A stretch of 64,000 nt of DNA from Octopus vulgaris (Eukaryota), in NCBI GenBank assembly GCA_951406725.2, contig OX597829.1, positions 53,010,001 through 53,074,000 of the forward strand. Reading direction: 5' to 3'. A program made the position numbers and the translations under genes. The notes beneath the pieces are model-generated. The model saw nothing but the letters and a program-made list of their open reading frames with translations, was not told the origin of the DNA and did not search any database. Positions 52,056 through 64,000 of the stretch are shown here, one piece after another (the first letter of the stretch is position 1; each line of letters begins with the position of its first letter).

Positions 52056-53838
52056 AGTGGAGCTAAGAATTTGAGTAACTCTTTCTCCATTCTAAATAGA
52101 TATATAAACATACATACATATATGTGTGTGTGTGTTTGTGTATATATATATATATATATACACACATATATATATATATACACACACACATATATACATA
52201 TATGTATGGATCATATGTTACAAACTGCGTTAAACAGTTTGTATATTTAAAAAAAAAAAGCATAATTTACATCATTCCATGAATTCTACAATGTAAAATA
52301 TTCCTGTTTACTTTTTGAATAATTATGCTTTTTCTTAGCATAATTGCTTCCTTATTGCACTAATGTTTTATTGGTGTTGGGTTGTTTTATAAGCCAACCG
52401 TAATGAGGAATGAAATTGTCCTTATTTTAGTTGCATTCAATGAGGAATTTTTTTACATCTCAAGTGCCAGTTATTTATTTTTTTAATGAAATGAAAGGCT
52501 AACATGCTTTTAAATGTTCTAATTTTAATCAAATGCTGTGAAGTTTTTTTATCTGCTCTTTTGAAACATTAATCTTTGGAGTAAATTTTTATTGGTGGGT
52601 TCTAACTTTTTCTTACCCACAATTCCTTTTTGTAAACTTTTTTACACTAAAATAAAAAAAACATACCTTTTCATCTCTTCCACCAATTTTTGTATTCATA
52701 GAAAGAGTTACTACAATTCTGTTCACACATAAGCATTCTGCCTTTTTTAATTTGCTATGAAAGATTTACGCTTATTGTACCTGGAGCTTTTTTTCCAGCA
52801 ATAGGAGAAAAGATATTGGTGAGCTTAATCTACCATCCAGACAATGTTTGTCAAAAAAAAGATGAAAAAAAAAAACAACTACGATTAAAAAAGAAAATAA
52901 CTCTTCATATCTTTTTTAATATATATTTTCTTTTAATTCAGGTTTTAAGAAAATCAAATAAGTAATTTATCCTTTCTGTCCAACCAAAACTCTTCTCTGA
53001 GAGTTTTGAGCTAGAAACATTGCCTTATGCCAAAATTATTCTTCTAATGTAAAATCCAGTCCTTTATTTATACGTCAGGGCACATGAGTGTATGATGGAT
53101 ATTCTGTTTCGTCTTTGTTTATTATAAAATGCAATATTATGCCACCATGTGTATGCCAACTCACTGTTAATTCTGTTTACTTTCAACGCTAAAGTAAATA
53201 ATAGATCAATCTTTCCGAATGTTGAATGCAATAGTTTATATTTTGTTCCTTTCGCGCGCATGAGTGTAAGGGTGTCTGTGTGTGTGTATGTTCTAAATGC
53301 ATTATGCACTTCCTTTTCTATGTAAATGTACATGTGTGTGTGTAAGACAGAGAGTGCGTTTACAAGTGTCTATATATATTGCTTCAATGTGTTCCTCTCT
53401 ATCGCATTACATATATTTGTCACTATATTTGTGTCCAGTAAACCGTAAAAATCACACTTAAAAGATTTATTTTTTTCTCTTGATATTTTCTTAATATATA
53501 TATTTCCTTTTTTTAGTATCAAAATTTTTCTAATCAGCAAAAGGGAATTTTAGAAATTATTTTTCCTACAAACTCATTTATACAATGACGATATAATAAA
53601 CTCAACAGAATTTTTTGTCCTCAATATTTTTGCAATTTTTGAAGACATTTTCTTCCCCCCCTGCCGCTTAAACAATTCATTGAAATCAATTTTTAAAAGC
53701 TGTACTTTTCGTTCTTCGAATCATTTAAATCATGTAATATTTCTTACCAAAGGATATTTTGCTTATTAATTTACTTTGATCATTATTATTATTATTAATT
53801 ATCATTATTATTAATATTATTCCATTAAAAAAAATAAA
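52056..53838 (+). promoter_or_regulatory. Fos AU-rich 3' UTR with candidate poly(A) signals
   Basis: TE-free U-rich sequence after the stop. TTATTTATT nonamer at 52471-79; AATAAA at 52651 and 53833. The true end is uncertain. Confidence 0.5.
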
Positions 53839-54169
53839 TAAAAAGACCACTAAAATCCCGAAAGGAAGTTTTGATGCAAAAATGCGCTAACAGAAAGAAA
53901 AAAATATTGGAAAAAAAATGAAAACAAATACATATATCATAATATTTATAAGTAAAATTGATTTCAAAATTATATTTTAAATATTTAAACATAAGAACTC
54001 TGTGCTGGTAACAGAGTGAGATATATATGTGTGTGTATATATCTATATATTTATAAAGATGTATGTGTATATATACATATGTATATATATATGTATATAC
54101 ATATATATATATTTATGCATATATATATTATTAGATAACAAATCATATGGTATACACCTGGTAGATTAC

Positions 54170-55495
54170 CGGTAAAGCACGTTCACTTTCACAGTGTTCG
54201 TTAGGTATTTGATTAATGAGAGAGATGGAGATGGAAGATACAAGAATGTTTATTGATCACTATAATTGTTTCAACCCATCTAGTATCAGTCCCTCATGAG
54301 TGTGATACTGGACATCTGGTTTAGGTGTATCTGTCGATGTAGATGTGTCCCCTCAAGTGATTATAAGATGTATCTCATTAAAATAATGTCTGTTCCATAA
54401 GATTTCTTCTTGGAATGTGTATACAAAAGCAGCAACTTAGGGATACAGCTTCATTATTATAGAAGATCAATAACAGAAATCAGATGCACAAAAAAACAAG
54501 TACACAATACAGCGAAAGAAGTGTTAGATATAACTTAGTAGATATGGATGTACAAATGGCTGCGCAAGTCAATGCCTAAAAGTGGCTAGTGGTACGACTC
54601 CACTTGGTGAGGTGTCACAGATTCTGTGGTAGGGTTGACTAGGTCTGGTCAATATACTTATAGTCATGAATGCCTACATAAATATAGACATAGTAGATAT
54701 AAACAGCTAATGAAATAACTGATAGCCTATTGAAAGTATTAATGCTAGGATTAGGACCACCAGTGTAGATAAGTATAGGTTTTTTTGGCATTTTCATCTC
54801 GTGCTGAGCGATTCTTATTGAGAAGCTAAAGTTGGTATTTATCTCGCATTAATCGGTATACAATGGCCAAAGAGTATCAAAATGATATTAATTACTAGTG
54901 TGGCATTGTGTTTATAAGAATGGGGAGGTTGCAGTTAATTCATCCATACATTTAGGTAAACTATGATTATTAATTTGGTCAACAGTTACTCAAATTCATT
55001 CCCACTGGATTGTGCGAAAGTGCTTTTATAAGCATCCTGAAAATTTCAGAAATCCTATGTATGAGTTTTTCATTGGTCCACAAAATAGACTGCAATTCCT
55101 CAGAGCAGAGTCTGCATCTCCTGGAAAGGACCTTAGTTGTGTATGTCTTATTATGGATCAAGTGAGGCCATATTTAATCTTATCCTCCTTAAGTTGCTAC
55201 ACAAAATCAACCAAAGATGTCGAATGCCTCTTGTTGGTTTTATCGATGCTGGCGACATAGTTGCGATAACAATTCATGAATGAATCAGCCGTTACCCCAG
55301 TGTAAATGTATGGTCCTCCCCTTGTGCGTATGGTGCATTTATATGCAAGGTTGGTACTCATACAGAGATTTATCAATAGTCTAAAGAATTATTTCCTATG
55401 CCTTTCAAGTTGTACTTTACTACATCTGTCCAGGAAGAATAGAGCATCATCTCTATATGGATCTCCTGCAATTTTCGGAAAGGAAGACTGGATTA
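54170..55495 (-). mobile_element. Penelope-like element remnant (RT fragment and GIY-YIG endonuclease)
   Basis: Minus strand PYRDDALFFL...LERHRK joined by a deletion to LAYKCTI...YIYTGVTADSF...RHSTSLVDFV...RRCRLCSEEL...RISEIF. Confidence 0.7.
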
Positions 55496-56697
55496 ACAAA
55501 AGGATATATATATATATATAATCCAACCAATTGTGTGACTTGTGCAGTCAGATGATCCATTGCGATATCAAAAGCATTCTCTCTCTATCTGACTGGTTCC
55601 ATAATTTACCATCCCATGAGGGATTGATGCTAGATAGGTCAAAACAATTGTAGTGATTAATAAACATTCTCTCATTAATCAAATATATACGTATATATAT
55701 ATATACATATACATACATATATATATATATGTGTGTGTGTGTGTGTATATATAAACACACACATATATACATGCATATACATTTTTTTTTTACATATTCC
55801 ATTGCAACATGTGTAATATCTATATTTGTCAAGTGTATTATTACACATGTAGCATCCAATTGTTGATACAAAAAAACTTCCCTTTTTTTGTTTCTTTGTT
55901 TTTTTTTGTTTTTTTTAATTCCTTTTATTTATTACCTATTTCTTGCCCCCCTGCCATTACCTTTTTTTTTCTATCAGATTCATCTTTTTCTATAAAATTT
56001 TGAAATTTCATTGCTGACAATTTTAATCATGTATCCAAAAATATCATAAATGTTGAGATTAGAGAAGAAAAAAAAAATAAAGGCTTCCTTCCTCCCTCTC
56101 ACTCTCTCTCTCTCTCTCTTTCTTTCCTTCTCTCTTTCTCTCCTTTCTCACTTTACCTTTTCTGCCTGTCTGTCTGTCTCTCTCTCTCTCTCTCTATCTT
56201 TCTCTCTGACTCACTTTGACTTTTCCCTTCTTCTTTTTTTTTAACTTATAATCTTAATTTAAATGGACACAACGCAGTAATTGACATTTTGTGATACAGT
56301 AATGGTTACATGCAATGCTTGAAATAAAATTTGTTAGCATCACACAACTGATACTGGTTTTGACTTGTTTTTTTAAATATTTTTTTTTTATCTTTATCTT
56401 TATAAATGATTCATGTAAATGGAATGTTCCAAGCAAGACATGGTCCTTCAATCCATCTAGGAGAGCAGCATATCTGAATAAGAACTGACTCAGATTATGA
56501 CAAACCCATCATCCAACCCTTGCCAGAATGGAAAGCAGACATAAAAATGATGATGAAGTTTCTATTCTTGTTTGGAGTAGTCAGTGGGATGATGGCTCTA
56601 CAAGTTGAAAAATATTTTGTCTTTCTCTTCTTTATTTTTTTTCAAATTCCTATGGAATGATTTATCTGTTGAAGACACCATTTTTACTGTGGGATGA

Positions 56698-56765
<68 letters not shown>

Positions 56766-57305
56766 TCCTAACCATTCAGCTGTAAAACAGAACAAGCTAA
56801 GTTTATCAATATCCTCAGAAACAAAACAATGGTTATACTAAGATTTGAACTTATGACTATATGGTCAGCAGTCCACAGCTCTTGTTCAAAAATATACACA
56901 AAAGATATTTTAAGATGAGTTGCAAATAGCTCAACAACTGTATATACTAATCATGAGATCAATATTTGAATAGGATCCATGCTATTTTTCTCTTTCTCTT
57001 GTTCAAATTGTAGAATATGCACAATCAAAATTACAAATAGCTGAATTTCCTTTAAATTTTATCCCACTATCTTAAAAAAAAAAGGACACTAACCTTTTAG
57101 TGTTCTGGTTACTCTGTCAAATGTAATGTTCTTTTTTTTATTCCAATTGTTTTCAGTTAACCATGAATTATCTTATAGCTTTGAGGTTTCAGTATTGTGC
57201 TTGTTTATTATTTAAGAGTGTTAGTGTAGGATAGGTGTGAGAGGTTAGATACGGCCAGTTTGAATGTAAAATGTAGAATATTTGAGTCGGATTTGGCCTG
57301 TTTAA

Positions 57306-57761
57306 CCCATTCGTTACTGTATTTATTTTGAGATGCTCTGTGCCTTCTTTTAATTATTTTAAATATAACAAAGACTTTAGTAAAATAATTTAGTTATCAT
57401 TAAGCTAGTGTTAGGAACATAAATTAAGACTAAGGTTTGGTGGAAGATTTTAATTAAAAACTTATGAAAACAAAACATTTGTACTACAGAGCCAGAGGCA
57501 GTTGGTATCAAAAGGGTTAAGAATTGTTTATATATTTTAACCTTTTCGTGACCATATTTCTGTTGAGAAGCTCTGTTTCTTTCAATTAATTTTAAATATA
57601 ACACAGAATTTAGTAAAATAACTTTAAGTTATCATTAAGCTAGTGTTAGGAACATAAACTATGACTAAGGTTTGGTGGAAGATTTTAATTCAAAACTTAG
57701 GGAAACAAGATATTTCTAATCAGAGCCAGATCCGGTTTCAGCCGGGTGGGTAACGAAAGGG
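57306..57761. mobile_element. Two tandem piggyBac-like MITEs (57306-57516, 57541-57761)
   Basis: Each is TTAA-flanked with CCYWTT...AAAGGG ends; both sit inside an older related MITE starting near 57090. Confidence 0.75.
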
Positions 57762-57850
57762 TTAAATGCTAAAAAATTGAATAATGTCCTAGATACATAG
57801 CATCTTGGAAAAAGCATACAACTAATAAAGAAATGTTACAACTAGCAAAT

Positions 57851-58222
57851 GATGGAAGCACTCCGTCGGTTACGACGACGAGGGTTCCGGTTGGTCCGAA
57901 TCAACAGAACAGCCTGCTTGTGAAATTAACGTGTAAGTAGCTGAGCACTCCACAGACACGTGTACCCTTAACGTAGTTCTCGGAGATATTCAGCGTGACA
58001 CAGAGAGTGACAAGGCCGGCCCTTTGAAATACAGGTACAACAGAAACAGGAAGTAAGAATGAGAGAAAGTTGTGGTGAAAGAGCACAGCAGGGATCACCA
58101 CCATCCCCTGCCGGAGCCTTGTGGAGCTTTTAGGTGTTTTCGCTCAATAAACACTCACAACACCCGGTCTGGGAATCGAAACCGCGAGTCCGCTGCCCTA
58201 ACCACTGGGCCATTGCGCCTCC
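57851..58222 (-). mobile_element. tRNA-derived SINE, fourth family (possibly Nin/Deu-type central domain)
   Basis: Minus-strand head TGGCCCAGTGG...GGTTTCGATTCCC. ACAACTAGCAAAT occurs on both sides (~57839 and ~58225), consistent with a TSD. Confidence 0.7.
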
Positions 58223-58875
58223 ACACAACTAGCAAATACATAACTCAATTAACAGAAGAAAAAAATGGAAGCTAAAGCAGACGTTACACAGAAAGAACAA
58301 AAGCTATAGAAAGACAAATACTAGAAGGAAAGATAAATGATGAATGCTGAAGAGGCAGACTTAGGAGAAACTGGTTTAGTAGCATAAAGGACTGGACTAA
58401 ACTATGATCTGGTGAATGTGTAAGACTGGCAGAGAAACGACCTGAATGGAGATCTTTGATATCCAGCCTGTTGAGAGTAGATATCACACCTGCTACGGAT
58501 GATGATGATGATCTCATACCAGGCAGATTGGCTGAGTCATTAAGAGTGCTGAATAGAATATTTTGCAAGTGAATTTGGTAGAAGGAAACTGTAGCAGCCT
58601 GTAGTGTATATATTTATATATAAATATATATTTATATATATATATTTATATATATATACACAAACACACAAGAGAGAGGATGATGAAAAGTTCCTGGCTT
58701 TGAGGATATTGTGAAAGGCCTAGCTGGAAGCTCAACCATCCGATTTTTTTTACAGGGCTTAGAAAAACTGAAGGATTGCTAGAAATAAGTGTGTGAATCT
58801 GAGAAGGGGAATATGTTGAATGAAATCATAATTAACTGACCCTCCTCAATTTCTTTTCACCCAAAAGCAACAACT

Positions 58876-58940
<65 letters not shown>

Positions 58941-59077
58941 TAGTTATCGCCATACTAATATGGCAGTCTAAATATAAGCTTTAGTCTTATATTTAGACTG
59001 CCATATTAGTATGGTGATAACTATTAATATCCAGTAACGCTGCCGTAATCTCCTTTAGAGAGACTTAGTAATTTTAA

Positions 59078-59115
<38 letters not shown>

Positions 59116-59120
59116 ATATA

Positions 59121-61108
59121 CATCATCATCGTTTAATGTCCATTTTCCATGCAAACATGGGTTGGACAGTCTGGAAAGCCAGGAGGCTGCACCAGACTCC
59201 AATCTGATCTGGCAGTGTTTCTACAGTTAGATGCCCTTACTAATGCCAACCACTCCGTGAGTGTAGTGGGTGCTTTTTATGTGCCACCGGCACAGGGGCC
59301 ACAGGGGGTTGGCAATGGCCATGATCAGTTGGTGCTTCTTATGTGCCACTGGCACGGAAGCCAGCTAAGGCGACGCTGGCATCGGCCATGTTCAGATGGT
59401 GCTTTTTATATGCCACCAGCACAGGTATCACAACTACAATTCCCATTTGATTTTTATTTTGATGTTGATTTACTTGACTCAATAGATCTCCTCAAGCACA
59501 CCAGGTCACCTTATGATCCAAGGCACTTTGGAAGGGCTGGGGCTGGTTGTGTGAAGCTGGTGTAGGATACAGCCATGAGCTCACTTTATTTGTCGGGTCC
59601 TCACAGTCACAGCATATATCCAGAGCTCTCAGTCTTTCGTCTTTGCCTCTATGAGGCCCAACGTTCAAAGGTCATGCTTGACCACTTCATCCCATGTCTT
59701 CTTACGTCTACCTCTACTCCGGATTCCTTCAACTGTTTGGGAGTGGCACTTCTTCACACATCTCTCCTCATCCATCCATAGTACATGACCATACCAGCAC
59801 AGCCGTCTCTCTTGTACACCACATCTGATTCCTTTTATGCCCAACTTTTCTCTTAGGGTGCTTACACTCTGTCTTGCATGGACACTGACATTACACATCC
59901 AGCGGATCATGCTAGCTTCCTTTCTTTCGAGCCTACTCATGTCCTCTGCAGTCACAGCCCATGTTTCACTTCTGTGAAGCATAGCAGTTCGCACACATGA
60001 GTCATACAATCTACCTTTCACTCTAAGCAAGAGACCCTTTGTTACCAGTAGGAATAGAAGCTTTCTGAACTTTGCCCAGGCTATTCTTATTCTAGGGGTA
60101 ACACTCTCTAAGCATCCACCCCCACTTCTAACTTGGTTACCTAGATAGCAGAGGCTATCAACTACTTCTAGTTTCTCCCTCTGGAGTATGATGGAATCTG
60201 TTTTTTACGTATCTGTGGTGTCTATTGCCCTTGTGCATCTGCTACATACAAAAGCTATCTTGTTGGTTAATTTTCCTTTGATGTTGCTGCACCATTTATG
60301 TGTCCATAGCTTACACTGTGTACATCATATGGAGTTTCTACCTACACCTTTTCTACAGATTGAGCAGGGCTAACTACCTGAGGAGGTGTGTGCTGAGTTC
60401 GCCTTCCTACTTACTAGAACTTTGGTCTTTGCTACATTGACTTTGGATTCTAAACCTAGCTTTGGATTCTAAACCTAGCTTCCACACTTGAAATTTCTTT
60501 TCTAGTTCTGATAGTGATTCTGCTATGAGAGCCAGGTCATCAGCATAGAGGAGCTCCCAGGGGCAACCCATCTTGAATTCCTCTGTTATTGCCTGGAGGA
60601 CTGTGATGAATAAAAGGGGATTGAGGGCTGAACCTTGGTGGACCACTACTTCTACCCGGAATTCTACACTATACTCATTGCCAATCCTAACCTTACTAAC
60701 GGCCTCTCTGTATTAGGGCCTGTACAGCCCTTATTAACCATTCGTCAATCTCCAGTTTCCGCATTGCCCACCAGATAAGGGATCGGGAGACCCTGTCAAA
60801 GACTTTCTCCAAGTCCACAAAAGCTAAGTAGAGGGGTTTATCTTTAGCTAGGTATTTTTCCTGCAGTTGTCGAACCAGGAATATAGCATCAGTGGTGCTT
60901 CTACTCAGCACAAAACTGAACTGCATCTCATCTAAGCAGACTCTCTCCCTAATGAGATGGGCTATGGCCCTCTTCATGACCTTCATCACCTGATCCAGCA
61001 GTTTGATACCCCTGTAGTTTTTTCTATCTAGAGCATCACCTTTACCCTTATAGCAGTTGACTATGGTGCTGCTATGCCAGTCATTGGGTATGACTCCATC
61101 ATGAACTA
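59121..61108 (-). mobile_element. 5'-truncated RTE-clade LINE
   Basis: YKGKGDALDRKNYRGIKLL, FVDLEKVFDRV, HQGSALNPLLF, LLYADDL, CYLG and WYGHV...RGRRKKTW. 3' UTR with a (GAT)n tail; stops and a 19-bp duplication at 60441-78. Confidence 0.92.
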
Positions 61109-62295
61109 CATACACATACACACACATACGTATGTAACTCAAACAAGTAAAAGATAAAGATAGTTTGCTGTATTTATTCCAGTACTTTGTGTTCTGCCTT
61201 TACTTTAATTTTTTTTTTTTTTTTTGCCACTATTTTTCACCCACAATGAATTGGTAACTGAGTCTATGATAAAAGACAAATACCCAAAGTGCCTCGTAAT
61301 GAAAATGAACTTCCTAAACTAATAGCCTTGTCTGTACCCATAGATTATGAGTTCAAATCTACTGTAGTGATTTTGATGAATTTGGGGGAAAACACACAGA
61401 AATGCAATATTTTATGTTATTTCATTGTTTTGGTTCACCTAACTGCTTGAAATAGACACAAAATTTTGTAGCAAAAAAGGTCAATGATGATAATGATCAA
61501 CATTCTCAACTCAAAAGAAGCTCATGGAGAAAAGATGGCTCAGAGAAAAGGGAAATGTAATTCTCTTGTGTTCTGTTGTTGGCTACAAACCAAAACAACT
61601 AAAGTATTCCTGCAATACGTTTTCTTAAATTGGCACCATGGGAAAACGTCTCCAGTTGTAAAGCCTTGTGAATGAATTTGGTTGGTGGAAACTGTACAGA
61701 AGCCTATCATGTGTGTGTGTGTGTTATATATTTGTCCTCCATCTCAACTCGACAACTGGTGTTGATTTTTGTTTATGTCCCCATAACTTAGCACTTCAGC
61801 AAAAGAGACTGATAGAATAAGTACCAGGCTTTAAATAAATAGATACTGAGGTTGATTTGTTTGACTAAAACGACGCTCTTAGGTGGTGCCCCAGCATGGC
61901 CACAGACCCATGACTGAAACAAGATAAAAGATAGAAATAAACCACTTGTAGCTGGCTGCTTTAAATATTGGACCAAACTACTTTGGTTCTACTGTTTTGT
62001 ATCTAAGTACCAAACCAGAGTTGTGTTCATTGGTCAAGACAACTAAATTACCTACAGCTGGCTCTACCTATCTGTCTATAAATAGGTATGCTTTAGCCAC
62101 AGGAATACTGTATAATTAATTAATTCACTTGTTAATCAGTGGTATATGGTAGTGGTTGTTGTTTTGGGTGTGCTGCCACAACCAATGCCACCAAATTTCA
62201 AGCAGGAGTTTGTGACCGACAATTGAAGAAGTTTAAATTTCTTTCCCTTTTTGGTTCAGTGGCAAAGTTTGAAATGGACACGTTGCAGGTAATTT

Positions 62296-62708
62296 ATGTG
62301 TGTGCGTATGAGTGTGTGTGTGTGAGTGTGTGTGTGTTAATGTGTGTGTGTGTGTGTGTGCATGTGTGAGTGTGAGTGTGTGTGTGTGCATGTGAGTGTG
62401 TGTGTGTGAGTGAGTGTGTGTGTGAGTGTGTGTGTGTGAGTGTGTGTATGTGAGAGTGTGTGTATGTGTGTATGAGTGTGTGACTGTGTGTGTGTGATTG
62501 TGTGAGTGTGCGTGTGTGCATGTGAGTGTGCGTGTGAGTGTGTGCATGTGTGAGTGTGTGTGTGTATGTGAGAGTGTGTATGTGTGTGTGTGTGAGTGTG
62601 CATGTGTGTGCATGTGAGTGTGTGAGTGTGCGTGAGTGTGCATATGAGTGTGTGTGCGTGTGTGAGTGTGAGTGTGAGTGTGTGTGTGTGTGTGAGACAG
62701 TGTGTGTG
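62296..62708. repeat. Degenerate (GT)n/(GTGA)n array
   Basis: Direct reading. Confidence 0.9.
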
Positions 62709-63927
62709 TAACCATTATACAAGTAGTACCCTTTATTTCAAACATTTTGTATAAAAGATGTTTGGCCATGAGGAAATATTATCTTACTTGGAAACTGGTG
62801 AGAATTAGCAACAGGAAGGACTTCCAGCCTTAGAAAATCTGCCTCAGGGAATTCTGTCTGATCCATGTTAGCCTGGAAAAGTTGAGCCTAAGATGATGAT
62901 GATGATGATGATGATGACAACAGTGATGAGGATGACGCTGATAACTGAAATTGCTTTGTTTTTTTACATCCTCTTTTACATGTGAACATGTGTTGAACGG
63001 GACTTTTTAAAGCAGTGTTCTATGGTTGGATACCCTTCATAAAGCCAACTCTTTGTGTCTTTTCTCATGACATTGGAATGCAGTGTAAGTAGGCTAAAAA
63101 CCAGAAATCTCATATATACATATATATGCATATATGCACATACAACTATACAAATGCACATTTTGCATACAAGTTATGTAAGTGAATCAAATCAATTATG
63201 TAACTTTACAGTCAACCAAGATTTATATATAAATCTTTAATTAAGTATCATCATGGCCATAATTACACTACTAATGGAGACAATCATGCAATCATGCAAT
63301 ATAATAATACAAAACACAAAAACCACTATAAATCTTGAACCGCTTAACAAATTCGACCTTATGAGAATGAAGGACAATTCAGAACAATGAGATGCCCAAA
63401 ATATAAAAGATTCACAGACAACAAGCATGTCAAACATATATTCTCATCATCGGCTGCCTGATGGATATCACTATGGTTTCAACACCTGGACAGGACCATT
63501 CAAGCCAGCAATGTCAATAATTAATTCTCATGCAGAGTTTATGCCAAACATAAACATTTCTTGGAAATTAATAAGCAAAACCACATGCACACACATGCAC
63601 ACACACATACACTTACATATGTACATGCATACACACACATACACATGCAAACAAACAAACAATCTCTTAAATACACATGTACAGCACAATTGTACTACTT
63701 GTAATTTTACAGTGTCCATTTCCCAATATTTTATAATTTATTTGATATGGATTTCTTATTTTGAGAAAGAAATCTGTTGACAAAGGGGAAAGGTTAGGGC
63801 CAGGGTTTAACTGATATCAAGTGTCCTGGTCAATCAGTTGAACCACGATGTTACCCACAGATCCGTCTTCCTAGTTTTTCAATATCTCTGTCAAGCTGAG
63901 CACCATACTACACATATTGGCAACACT

Positions 63928-63959
<32 letters not shown>

Positions 63960-64000
63960 TTAATTTCCATGTTGCATTCTGGCATGAGTTGGATGATGGG

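Overview
AT-rich, microsatellite-saturated eukaryotic DNA. The SINE families and simple-repeat load suggest a coleoid cephalopod (Octopus-like); this is inferred from repeat content. One host gene is supported: a 4-exon Fos-family bZIP gene on + (CDS 36267-36437, 37719-38090, 49817-49957, 51546-52055; 397 aa; three phase-0 GT-AG introns). It has a dense immediate-early-type promoter (CRE-like, CArG-like, MEF2, CCAAT, three AP-1 sites, TATA), two candidate uORFs and an AU-rich 3' UTR. The rest is mostly transposable-element debris: tRNA-derived SINEs of several families, RTE, CR1 and R4/Dong-like LINE fragments, Penelope-like remnants with hammerhead-like motifs, a Gypsy pol remnant, maT, rosa-like and mariner remnants, Helitrons and MITEs. 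Most ORFs in the supplied track are simple-repeat or SINE artefacts. The most notable oddities are a PHD finger inside an RTE reverse transcriptase, a foldback carrying hammerhead-like cores on both strands, a LINE-derived composite minisatellite, and a TATA/hairpin/sORF island about 20 kb upstream of Fos.
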